Source: an uncultured Actinomycetes bacterium (lineage in GTDB: Bacteria > Chloroflexota > Dormibacteria > Aeolococcales > Aeolococcaceae). Taken from it: a stretch of 64,000 bases of DNA. The stretch is from the NCBI GenBank assembly GCA_964499205.1, contig CAZCJX010000003.1, forward strand, positions 8,174-72,173. Reading direction: 5' to 3'. Positions within the stretch are counted from its first letter, which is position 1. Each line of letters starts with the position of its first letter. Positions 33,246-42,096 of the stretch are shown in pieces. A program made the translations under genes and the position numbers. The notes below the pieces were generated by a model. That model did not search any database. It had not been told where the DNA came from and saw only the letters and a list, made by a program, of their open reading frames with translations.

Positions 33246-34184
33246 ATGCATTTTCGACAGCTCGGCGACAGCGGCCTGACCGTCTCGGTGGTCGGTCTCG
33301 GCTGCAACCAGTTCCGCACCAAGATGGACGACGCCACGGTGGAGGCCACGGTGAGCGCCGCACTCGACGCCGGCATCACCCTCTTCGACACCGCCGACAT
33401 CTACGGCAACCACGGCGGCTCCGAGGAGTCGCTCGGCCTGGCGCTGCGGGGACGGCGCGACCAGGCCGTGGTGGCCACCAAGTTCGGCATGCCGATGGGC
33501 GACGGCGCGGTGGCCCGCGGCTCGCGGCGCTACATCCGCAGGGCGGTGGAGGCCTCGCTGCGCCGCCTGCAGACCGACTGGATCGACCTCTACCAGTACC
33601 ACGAGCCGGACGGCGTCACCCCGCTGGGCGAGACGTTGGCGGCACTCAACGAGCTGATCGACGAGGGCAAGGTGCGCTACATCGGCTCCTCCAACCTGCC
33701 GGCGTGGCAGGTGGTGGACGCCGACTGGCTGGCCCGCGACGCGCACAGCGAGCGCTTCATCAGTGCGCAGAACCGCTACAGCCTGCTGGAGCGCGAGGCC
33801 GAGCGCGAGCTGACTCCCGCGGCAGTGCACTGCGGCGTCGGCATCCTGCCCTTCTACCCGCTGGCCGCCGGCGTGCTCACCGGCAAGTACCACCGCGGCG
33901 AGCCGCCGCCCGCCGGCACCCGGCTCGCCGGCCAGCCGCAGCGCGCCAGCCAGTGGCTCACCGAGCGGACCTTCGCGGTGGTGGAGCGCCTGGAGGCCTT
34001 CGCCCGCGAAAGCGGGCGCAGCATGGTGGAGGTGGCCATCGCCGGCCTGGCGTCGCGTCCCGCGGTGGGCTCGGTGATCGCCGGCGCGACCTCACCGGAG
34101 CAGGTGCGCGGCAACGCTGCGGCCGGCGACTGGGTGCTCGACGCCGACGAGCGAGCCGCCCTCGACGCGGCGTTGCACGGCTGA
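33246..34184 (+). CDS. aldo/keto reductase
   Basis: MHFRQLGDSGLTVSVVGLGCNQF, FDTADIYG, LQTDWIDLYQYH, YIGSSN. Alternative GTG start at 33240. Confidence 0.9.
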   Translation: MHFRQLGDSGLTVSVVGLGCNQFRTKMDDATVEATVSAALDAGITLFDTADIYGNHGGSEESLGLALRGRRDQAVVATKFGMPMGDGAVARGSRRYIRRAVEASLRRLQTDWIDLYQYHEPDGVTPLGETLAALNELIDEGKVRYIGSSNLPAWQVVDADWLARDAHSERFISAQNRYSLLEREAERELTPAAVHCGVGILPFYPLAAGVLTGKYHRGEPPPAGTRLAGQPQRASQWLTERTFAVVERLEAFARESGRSMVEVAIAGLASRPAVGSVIAGATSPEQVRGNAAAGDWVLDADERAALDAALHG

Positions 34185-34198
34185 ACCGCTAGGGAGCG

Positions 34199-34927
34199 CT
34201 AGGGAGCCAGCGGCGGCGCGCCGGTGCGGCCGATGACGATCTCGGTGACGCTGGCGGTGGGCGACAGCGCGAGCAGGAACGCCACCGCGGCGGCGACGTC
34301 GGATGGCTGCAGCATGGTGTCGGCGGGAACGCTGTCGCGTGTCCACTCGGTCATCGCCGTCGCCACGAACCCGGGACACAGCGCGCAGGCGCGCACGCCG
34401 CGGTGCGACTCCTCGACGTCGACGGAGCGCGCCACCGACATCGCCGCAGCCTTGCTCGCCGAATAGGCGGCGAACCCGGCGGCGGGGCGCACCCCGCTGA
34501 TCGACGCGGTGACGATGAACCACGCCCGGCGATGCTCGCCGCCGGCAATGCGCAGTGCGGGCATCGCCGCGGCCGCCAGGGTGAACAGCGACACCACGTT
34601 GGTGCGCAGCATGCCCTCCAGGTGGTGCGGCCTGGTCGACGCGACGCCGCCGCCGCTGCCCGTCCCCGCGTTGGCGACGACCACGTCGAGGCGGCCGAAG
34701 CGCTGCAGATGTCGCTCGACTGCGCCGGCGACGGCGTCGCCGTCGGCCGCGTCGGCGGCGACGCACTCCAGCTGCGCAGCGGCGGGCAGCGTGCTGCGGG
34801 CGTTGTCGAGACGCGACCGGTCGCGCCCCACCATGGTGACGCCGTATCCCCGCTCGACGAGCAGCGCGGTGACGGCCAGCCCGATGCCCGCCGACGCCCC
34901 GGTGACCAGCGCGGCGGGCGCGGTCAC
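34199..34927 (-). CDS. SDR-family oxidoreductase
   Basis: Motifs ALVTGASAGIG, NAG and YSASKAA. Confidence 0.9.
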   Translation of the reverse strand: MTAPAALVTGASAGIGLAVTALLVERGYGVTMVGRDRSRLDNARSTLPAAAQLECVAADAADGDAVAGAVERHLQRFGRLDVVVANAGTGSGGGVASTRPHHLEGMLRTNVVSLFTLAAAAMPALRIAGGEHRRAWFIVTASISGVRPAAGFAAYSASKAAAMSVARSVDVEESHRGVRACALCPGFVATAMTEWTRDSVPADTMLQPSDVAAAVAFLLALSPTASVTEIVIGRTGAPPLAP

Positions 34928-34948
34928 CGGGACGCGGCGCGGCCGATC

Positions 34949-36082
34949 TCAGGCCGCGGTGAGGAAGCGGTCGTAGATGCGCAGGGCATTGCCGGCAAGC
35001 ATGGCATTCCGCTCGTCCTGCGGCACGTTGGCGAACTGCGCGTTGATCGTCTTCCAGGAGTAGGGCCAGTCGGAGACGATGTGCGGGTAGTCGTTGGACC
35101 AGAGCATGCGCTCGACACCGATGCGGTGGCGGTTCTGGATGCCGTAGGTGTCGGTGACGAAGGCGAAGAAGAAGTGGTCGCGCATGTACTCGCTGGGACG
35201 GCGGGCCAGCGGCCGGTCCTTGAGCGTCGCCTTGGCGTGGCGCATGTAGTTGTCGTCGGCGACCTCTTCGAAGTACGGCAGCCAGCCGCAGTCGACCTCG
35301 GTCATCACGAAGCGCAGCTTGGGGAAGCGGTCGAGCATGCCGCTGAAGATGATCTCCAGCATGCGGCCGGGTGCGTCGTAGAAGTGCACCGTGCCGGGGA
35401 GCTTGCGGGCGTCGAGCTGGTAGGGCATGGCGTTGCTCAGCCCGATGTGGATCGAGATCGGCATGCCGCTCTGCTCGATGGTGCGCCAGAGCGCGTCGTC
35501 CTCGGGCTTCAGCGTGGTGTCGCCGTGCGGGTAGCAGGCGAGGTTGAGCGCCACCAGGCCGGGCATCTCGGCGACGCGCTCCACCTCGGTGATCGCCTCA
35601 GCGACACCCTGGTTGGGCAGGCCGGCGACGCCGCCGAGGCGGTGCGGCGCGTAGGAGCAGTACTCGCTGAGCCAGTCGTTGTAGGCGCGCACCATGGCGT
35701 TGTGCAGGTCGGCGTCGGTGTTGGCCACCACCGCCTGCCAGGGGCGGTTGGGGAAGAGCACCTCGGCGTCGACGCCGTCCTCGTCGAGCTCCTTGCAGCG
35801 CACCGCGGGATCCCAGCCGCCGGCGCGCATCTCCTCGGTGAACATCCAGTCCCGCATGTCCTCGGGCTTGTTGCCGGCGCAGACGGTGAAGCCGAAGGCG
35901 ATCGGCCGCGGCACGCCCTCCATGATCCAGGCGTCGCCGTTCTCGAAGCGCTCCATCCGCGGCACGCGGTCGCGGTACTTGGGATCGACCCGCGACGTCC
36001 ACAGGTCGCCGGGCTCGGTGACGTGGCTGTCCGCGGAGATCAACCGATACGGGCGCTTGCCGTTGCCGTTCTCAGACTGCAT
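34949..36082 (-). CDS. amidohydrolase-2 family protein (ACMSD/LigW-related superfamily), paralogue 1
   Basis: Motifs YRLISADSHVTEPGDLWTSRV..YRDRVPRME and MLWSNDYPHIVSDWP. GAAGGA RBS upstream. Confidence 0.85.
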   Translation of the reverse strand: MQSENGNGKRPYRLISADSHVTEPGDLWTSRVDPKYRDRVPRMERFENGDAWIMEGVPRPIAFGFTVCAGNKPEDMRDWMFTEEMRAGGWDPAVRCKELDEDGVDAEVLFPNRPWQAVVANTDADLHNAMVRAYNDWLSEYCSYAPHRLGGVAGLPNQGVAEAITEVERVAEMPGLVALNLACYPHGDTTLKPEDDALWRTIEQSGMPISIHIGLSNAMPYQLDARKLPGTVHFYDAPGRMLEIIFSGMLDRFPKLRFVMTEVDCGWLPYFEEVADDNYMRHAKATLKDRPLARRPSEYMRDHFFFAFVTDTYGIQNRHRIGVERMLWSNDYPHIVSDWPYSWKTINAQFANVPQDERNAMLAGNALRIYDRFLTAA

Positions 36083-36153
36083 GGGGTGTGGTCCTTCGCG
36101 TGTGCGCCGGCCGGGGAGGCCCGGCTGGGATGGCTGCCCGGAGGTCTATTATT

Positions 36154-36175
36154 ATCAAAACATATATAGTTGGCA
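36154..36175. promoter_or_regulatory. conserved AT-rich 22-mer (motif copy A), includes a -10 box for the LLM gene
   Basis: ATCAAAACATATATAGTTGGCA matches 52234-52255 at 19 of 22 positions. TATAGT (36165-36170) lies 8 nt before ATG 36179. Confidence 0.55.
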
Positions 36176-36178
36176 AGC

Positions 36179-37114
36179 ATGACGCACGCTCCGCGAGCCA
36201 CCCTGGCGGTGGCCCTCTCCCACGTCGAGCCGCAGGTGGGTCCACGCCTGGAGCGCTTCCTGGAGCTGGCCCGCGAGGTCGAGGCGGGCGGCGCCGATGC
36301 CGTGGTGCTCAGCGAGCACGTGCTCCTCGCCGCGGTGATCACCGGGCATCCCGGCGCGTCCAGCTCGTTCCCCTTCCCCGGCACCGAACAGTACCCCGAG
36401 CCGCTGGTCGCCCTCGGCGCCGTGGCCGCGGTGACCTCGCGGGTGCGGCTCAGCACCAACATCCTCATCGCCCCGCTGCGGCCCGCCGGGTTGCTGGCGA
36501 AGATGGCAGCAACTCTCGACTGCCTGAGCGGGGGGCGGCTGGAGCTGGGCGTGGGCACCGGCTGGCACGAACCCGAGTACGCCGCCATCGGGGTGCCGAT
36601 GGAACGGCTGCCGCAGCGCCTCGACGACACGCTGCGGGCCTGCCGCGCGCTCTGGCGCGACCAGCCCGCCTCGTTCACCTCGCCGACGGTGAGCTTCACC
36701 GACATGCACTGCTGCCCCGCGCCGGTGCAGGCGGAGATCCCGCTGTGGATCGGCGGCGCCGCCACCCGCGGCATGGCGCGGCGCGTCGCCGAGCTGGGCC
36801 AGGGCTGGACACCGATGGGCGGCGACGACCCGCCCGAGCTCCGCGTCGGCCTCGCCCTGATCGCCGAGGAGTGCGAGCGCATCGGCCGCGACCCCGAACC
36901 GATCGGCGTGCGCGTCTCCATCTTCCCGCCCCCCGGCGCCGCGCCCGGCGACCGGGTGCGGCTGCTACTGGAGCGCGTGCCGCCGCTGCTGGAGGCGGGC
37001 GCGACGGTGTTCCAGGTGCCGCTCCCGCAGCTGGCTGCACGGGTCGAGGATGCGCGCGAGGCGATCGCCGAGGTGGTGCACGGCATGCGCGCCCTGGTGC
37101 CGGCGGCCGGTTAG
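36179..37114 (+). CDS. LLM-class (F420/flavin-dependent) oxidoreductase
   Basis: Motifs GADAVVLSEHV, STNILIAPLRP and SGGRLELGVGTGW. ATG 36179 (track start TTG 36170). Probably a leaderless transcript. Confidence 0.85.
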   Translation: MTHAPRATLAVALSHVEPQVGPRLERFLELAREVEAGGADAVVLSEHVLLAAVITGHPGASSSFPFPGTEQYPEPLVALGAVAAVTSRVRLSTNILIAPLRPAGLLAKMAATLDCLSGGRLELGVGTGWHEPEYAAIGVPMERLPQRLDDTLRACRALWRDQPASFTSPTVSFTDMHCCPAPVQAEIPLWIGGAATRGMARRVAELGQGWTPMGGDDPPELRVGLALIAEECERIGRDPEPIGVRVSIFPPPGAAPGDRVRLLLERVPPLLEAGATVFQVPLPQLAARVEDAREAIAEVVHGMRALVPAAG

Positions 37115-37127
37115 CCGCCTCCCCTCC

Positions 37128-37889
37128 TCACACCGCGCTCCATCCGCCGTCGACGGCGAGCACCTGGCCGATGACGTACGACGAGGCGTCGCTGGCCAGG
37201 AAGAGCAGCGCTCCGTCCAGCTCGCTGTCGTCGCCGCCGCGTCCCAGCGGCACGGTGCGCGCGATGTAGCCGAGCGACTTCTCGTTGTCGAACATGCCGG
37301 CGGTCATCTCGGTGGGGAACCAGCCGGGGGCGATGGCGTTGACACGCACGCCGCTGCGGGCCCACTGCGCGGCCAGCTCGCGGGTGAGGTTGACCACCGC
37401 GCCCTTGCTGGCGGTGTAGGCCGCCTGCGGGATGCGCCCGATGCCCACCAATCCCAGCGTCGACGCGATGTTGACGATGCTGCCACCGCCGCCGTCGACC
37501 ATGATCCGCGCCGCCTCGCGGCAGCAGGTGAACAGCCCGACGACGTTGGTGTCGAGGACGCGCCGGAACTCGTCGGTCGACTCCTCCAGCGCGGGGCCGA
37601 CGTGGGTGGTGCCGGCGTTGTTGACCAGGATGTCGAGACGCCCGAAGCGCTCCACCGCGGTGCGCATCAGCGCCGTCGCCGACGCCTCGTCGGCCACGTC
37701 GGCGACCACTGCGAGACAGCGTTCCGCGCCCAGCTCGGCGGCCAGCGCCTCGATGCGATCGGACCGGCGCGCCGCCGCCACCACCAGCGCGCCGTGCTCC
37801 CCGAGGACCCGGGCGAAGCGCGAGCCCAGGCCGCTCGAGGCGCCGGTCACCACCGCCACCCGGCCGGCAACGTCGAACCCAGCTGCCAC
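37128..37889 (-). CDS. SDR-family oxidoreductase
   Basis: Motifs VAVVTGASSGLG, NNAG and YTASKGAV. Confidence 0.9.
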   Translation of the reverse strand: MAAGFDVAGRVAVVTGASSGLGSRFARVLGEHGALVVAAARRSDRIEALAAELGAERCLAVVADVADEASATALMRTAVERFGRLDILVNNAGTTHVGPALEESTDEFRRVLDTNVVGLFTCCREAARIMVDGGGGSIVNIASTLGLVGIGRIPQAAYTASKGAVVNLTRELAAQWARSGVRVNAIAPGWFPTEMTAGMFDNEKSLGYIARTVPLGRGGDDSELDGALLFLASDASSYVIGQVLAVDGGWSAV

Positions 37890-37965
37890 GGTTGACTCGC
37901 CCTCCAGCCGCCCCTACCATCTTTATAAGTTTTACAAGATAGCGCGTCCAGTGGGAGGAATGCGC

Positions 37966-39099
37966 ATGGCCCAGGCGGCGCCGCGGCAGTACCGGCTGAT
38001 CTCGGCGGACGGCCACTTCAACGAGCCGGGTGACCTGTGGACCTCGCGGGTCTCGGCGCGCTTCCGCGACCGCGTGCCGCGCATCGAGAGCTTCGAGCAG
38101 GGCGACGCCTGGGTCTTCCCCGGCTACGAGGACCGCCCCGTCCCCTTCGCCTGGGGCGCCTGCGCCCATCGCCGCCCCGAGGAGATGGGTCCCTGGTGCC
38201 GCTTCGAGGAGGTCAACCCGGGCAGCTGGGATCCCCGCGCGCGGGTCGCCGAGATGGACGCCGACGGCGTCGACGCCGAGGTGCTCTTCCCCTCCGGCGC
38301 CACCAACACCTACGTGGCGTCCGCCGAGGACCCAGAGCTGCACCACGAGATGGTGCGCGCCTACAACGACTGGGTCTCCGAGTTCTGCTCGCACGCCCCC
38401 GACCGCCTGGGCGGCACCGCACTCATCTCCAACCGTGGCGTCGAGGGCGCGCTCGCCGAGATCGAGCGCGTCCTCGACATGCCGGGGTTCGTCGGCTTCC
38501 TGCTCAAGGCGTATCCGCACGGCGACGCCGAGGACATCCTTCCCGAGGACGACGCGGTGTGGGAGGCGGTGGCCGCGTCGGGCAAGCCGCTGACCATCCA
38601 CATCGGTCTCGGCGCCACGATGAGCGGCCGGATGAGCCGGCTCAAGGCCAGGGACCTGCCCGGCACGGTGCACTTCAACGACGCGCCGGTGCGCATGCTC
38701 CAGTTCATCTTCAGCGGCGTGCTCGACCGCTTCCCCAGCCTGCGCATCCCGCTGATCGAGGTCGACTGCGGCTGGCTGCCCTACTTCGCCTTCACCGCCG
38801 ACGACAACTTCCAGCGCCACGCCAAGTCGTCGCTGCGCGACCACCGGCTGACCCGGATGCCCAGCGAGTACATGCGCGAGTTCTTCCCCGCGGCGTTCAT
38901 CACCGACCCCTACGCCATCATCAACCGCCACCTGGTCGGCGTCGAGCGGATGATGTGGTCCAACGACTACCCGCACATCACCTCCGACTGGCCCAACTCC
39001 TGGAAGACGATCAACGCCGCCTTCGCCGGCGTGCCCCACGACGAGCGGGAGGCGATCCTCGCCGGCAACGCGCAGCGCATCTTCGGCTTCGGGAGGTGA
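37966..39099 (+). CDS. amidohydrolase-2 family protein, paralogue 2
   Basis: Motifs YRLISADGHFNEPGDLWTSRV..FRDRVPRIE and MMWSNDYPHITSDWP. GGGAGG lies 7 nt before ATG 37966 (alternative ATG 37960). Confidence 0.85.
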   Translation: MAQAAPRQYRLISADGHFNEPGDLWTSRVSARFRDRVPRIESFEQGDAWVFPGYEDRPVPFAWGACAHRRPEEMGPWCRFEEVNPGSWDPRARVAEMDADGVDAEVLFPSGATNTYVASAEDPELHHEMVRAYNDWVSEFCSHAPDRLGGTALISNRGVEGALAEIERVLDMPGFVGFLLKAYPHGDAEDILPEDDAVWEAVAASGKPLTIHIGLGATMSGRMSRLKARDLPGTVHFNDAPVRMLQFIFSGVLDRFPSLRIPLIEVDCGWLPYFAFTADDNFQRHAKSSLRDHRLTRMPSEYMREFFPAAFITDPYAIINRHLVGVERMMWSNDYPHITSDWPNSWKTINAAFAGVPHDEREAILAGNAQRIFGFGR

Positions 39100-40025
39100 G
39101 CCCCGAGCTCACCATGTTCTGCATGGCGGCGACACCGTTCGCCGCCGACGGGTCGCTCGACGAGGCGGCGCTGCGCCTTCATCTGCAACGGCTCGTCGAC
39201 GCCGGCAACGGCGTCTACCTGGGCAGCGGCGGCGCCGGTGAGGGGCACGTGCTGACGCCCCAGGAGCTGCGGCGCATCTACGACATCGGCGTCGCGGTGT
39301 GCCGCGGGCGGGTGCCGGTGTACGCCAATCCCCGCGAGTCGCGCAGCGCGGCGGCGATGCACGAGGTGGCCCGCGAGGCGGTGGCGGCCGGCGTCGACGT
39401 GGTGCAGATCTACCAGCTCGACGCCGGCCACGGCATGATCCCCACCCTGCGCGAGCAGGAGGCGTACTTCCGCGAGCTGCTCGCCGAGTTGCAGCATCCG
39501 CTCGCCATCTCCATCCACGCCTACGCCGGCTACGCGGCGCCGCCGTCGCTGCTCGCCGCGCTGGTGCGCGACTTCCCCCAGGTGTGCGCGGTCAACGTGA
39601 TGGGACCGCCGACCGCCTACTTCATGGAGGTGCGCGACGCGCTGCCGCCGTCGGTGCGCATGTACACCAGCGTGCTCAACGTGCTGCAGGGCTTCGCGCT
39701 GGGCGGGTCAGGGGCGCTGCTCGCCGAGAACAACGTCATCCCCAACGTGTGCCGGCGCATCGCCGCCGGCTGGGCGGCGCGCGACCTCGACATGGCCGGC
39801 GAGGCGGCCCGGACGGTGCAGCGCTTCAGCAACGTGGTCAACCGCTGGGCGCCGTCGACGGCGCGCTGGGTGAAGATGGCGCTCAAGGTGCTCGACCTGC
39901 CCGCGGGCAACGGCGTGCTGCGCCGGCCCTACCTGCTCCCGCCCGAGTCGGAGCAGCGCGAGATGGCGGCCGCCTTCGAGGCTCTGCGCATCCGCGAGAT
40001 CGAGGGACTTCCCGCCGCCGGCTGA
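39096..40025 (+). CDS. DapA/DHDPS-family-like TIM-barrel protein, apparently lacking the Schiff-base lysine (paralogue 1)
   Basis: TPFAADGSLDEAALRLHLQRLVDAGNGVYLGSGGAGEG resembles the DapA N-terminus. At the position of DapA IIGIKEATG it reads VCAVNVMGP. GTG 39096 forms a GTGA overlap (alternative ATG 39114). Confidence 0.65.
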   Translation: MSPELTMFCMAATPFAADGSLDEAALRLHLQRLVDAGNGVYLGSGGAGEGHVLTPQELRRIYDIGVAVCRGRVPVYANPRESRSAAAMHEVAREAVAAGVDVVQIYQLDAGHGMIPTLREQEAYFRELLAELQHPLAISIHAYAGYAAPPSLLAALVRDFPQVCAVNVMGPPTAYFMEVRDALPPSVRMYTSVLNVLQGFALGGSGALLAENNVIPNVCRRIAAGWAARDLDMAGEAARTVQRFSNVVNRWAPSTARWVKMALKVLDLPAGNGVLRRPYLLPPESEQREMAAAFEALRIREIEGLPAAG

Positions 40026-40053
40026 GCCGGCCGACCGGCTGATCTCCCGGGCG

Positions 40054-42096
40054 CTACAGTGCTCGGCCCAGCGCGTGGCCCTCGTGGATGGCGTGCTCGA
40101 CACCGCGCGGCGCCACCGCGTCGCCGATGCAGTGCAGCGCGACGCCGTCGTCGCGCAGCCCCTGGTACAGCTCGTCGCAGACGTCGTTGCCGATCGACAG
40201 CACCACGGCGTCGACGCCGTCGATGCGGCGGCGCTCACCGCTCAGCGCGTTGCGCAGGTCGACGTGGTTCGGGCCCATCCCCTCCACCACGGTGGAGAGG
40301 TGAAACCTCACACGCCCGCGCAGCGCCGCGTCGAAGTCGGGACGGTCGTTCTGCTCGATACCGGCGGCCAGCAGCGGCGCGTGCGACACCGCCTCGGTGG
40401 GCACGCCGCGCGCCGCCAGGTATTCGAGGACGTCGCCGCTCTGGTGGTAGCCGGTGGCGTCGACGACGACGACGCGGCGGCGCAGGTCGGCGGCACCCTC
40501 GAGGACCTGCCAGGTGCTGAGCAGCGGCGCATTGCTGGCGCCGGGAATGGCGTCGAGGTGCGGCATCGGCGGGTACCAGCCACAGACGCGCGGGCGCGAG
40601 CCGGTGGCGACGACCACCACGTCGGGATTGCGGCGGCGCACCTCGTCGGGGGTCATCTCGGTGTCGAGCTCGACGCGCACGCCGAGGCGATCCAGCTGGC
40701 GCACCCGCCAGAGCACCACGTCGAGGAACTCGCGGCGGCGTGCCACCCTGCCGATGAGGAGAACCTGGCCACCCAGCTCGGATTCGCGCTCCACCAGGGT
40801 GACGCGATGTCCGCGCTCCGCCGCCACCATGGCCGCCTCCAGTCCCGCCGGACCGGCGCCGACGACGAGCACACGCCGTCGCTGCTCGGCGCGCAGGAGA
40901 GTGCCGATGCCCCATACGCGCTCCAGCCCCACCGCGGGATTCTGGGTGCAGGTGATGGGACGCGCGCTCAGGGTGCGCGCCAGGCAGCCCTGTCCCGCGC
41001 CGACGCACAGACGGATGCTCTCTGCACGCCCTTCGCGCGCCTTGTTGGGCAGCTCCGGGTCGGCGATGCCGGCGCGGGTCATCGCCACCATGTCCACCTG
41101 TCCGGCGGCGATCGCCTCCTCGGCCTGCTCGGGACGGACGATGCGGCCGACGCCGAACACCGGGATGCCGTGCACCGCAGCCTTCACCGCCGCCGCCCAG
41201 GGCATCATGAAGCCGAGCGGTGAGCCGATGCTGCCGATGCCCGGCCAGCCGCTGACGTTGACGAAGTCGACGTCACCCGTTGCTTCGAGCAGGCGGGCGA
41301 TCTCCACCCCCTCCTCCACCGTCTGCCCGCCGGGGATCGGCCAGGCACCGTTGATGCGCACGCCGACGACGAAGTCGCGCCCGCAGGCCCGGCGCACCGC
41401 GGCGATCGACTCGACGACGATGCGCAGCCGGTTCTCCAGCGAGCCGCCGTACTCGTCGCGGCGCTTGTTGACCGCGGGGGTGAGCCACTCACCGTAGAGG
41501 TGGGGATGCGCCGCGTGCACCTCGACGCCGTCGACCCCCGCCTCCTGCACGTTGCGCGCGGCCACGCCGTACGCGTCGACCAGCCCGCGGATGTCGTCGC
41601 GGTCCATCGCCTTGCACATCTCGCCGCGCGCCGCCGGCGACGCCGAGGCCAGCGGGCTCGGGCCCCACACCGGGTCCCAGCTGTCCGGCCCGCTGTTGAT
41701 CTTCTCGCGTCCGTTCTGGTTGAGCTGGACGAAAACCGGTGTGCCGAAGGCGTGGCACTCCCTGGCCATGCGCTCGAGGAAGGGCCGCGCCTCGCGCCGG
41801 TACGACGCCGGACGGTCGGTCCCCGACTGCGGATGCACTTGCGTCTGCCCGACCATGACCAGGCCGAAGCCGCCGCGCGCTCGCTCCGCGTTGTAGGCGA
41901 CGGCGCGATCGCCGAGCACCGACCAGCGGTGCAGACCCTCGGGATCGCGCTGCACCAGCTCGGTGTTGTGCGCCGAGATGAAGAGGCGGTTGCGCACCGT
42001 CACGCTGCCGATGCGCAACGGCTGGAAGACGTGGGGAAAGCCAGCCGCGCCGGAGGCCTCCACCCCGTCGGCGGAGGCCGCCGGCGGATGGGTCAT
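40054..42096 (-). CDS. FadH-type NADH:flavin oxidoreductase (OYE-like domain + FAD/NAD(P)-binding domain), paralogue 2
   Basis: 680 aa from ATG 42096 (ATGA overlap). OYE N-terminus FQPLRIGSVTVRNRLF, Rossmann VLVVGAGPAGLEAA. Fe-S region CVGAGQGC-x11-C. Confidence 0.85.
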   Translation of the reverse strand: MTHPPAASADGVEASGAAGFPHVFQPLRIGSVTVRNRLFISAHNTELVQRDPEGLHRWSVLGDRAVAYNAERARGGFGLVMVGQTQVHPQSGTDRPASYRREARPFLERMARECHAFGTPVFVQLNQNGREKINSGPDSWDPVWGPSPLASASPAARGEMCKAMDRDDIRGLVDAYGVAARNVQEAGVDGVEVHAAHPHLYGEWLTPAVNKRRDEYGGSLENRLRIVVESIAAVRRACGRDFVVGVRINGAWPIPGGQTVEEGVEIARLLEATGDVDFVNVSGWPGIGSIGSPLGFMMPWAAAVKAAVHGIPVFGVGRIVRPEQAEEAIAAGQVDMVAMTRAGIADPELPNKAREGRAESIRLCVGAGQGCLARTLSARPITCTQNPAVGLERVWGIGTLLRAEQRRRVLVVGAGPAGLEAAMVAAERGHRVTLVERESELGGQVLLIGRVARRREFLDVVLWRVRQLDRLGVRVELDTEMTPDEVRRRNPDVVVVATGSRPRVCGWYPPMPHLDAIPGASNAPLLSTWQVLEGAADLRRRVVVVDATGYHQSGDVLEYLAARGVPTEAVSHAPLLAAGIEQNDRPDFDAALRGRVRFHLSTVVEGMGPNHVDLRNALSGERRRIDGVDAVVLSIGNDVCDELYQGLRDDGVALHCIGDAVAPRGVEHAIHEGHALGRAL

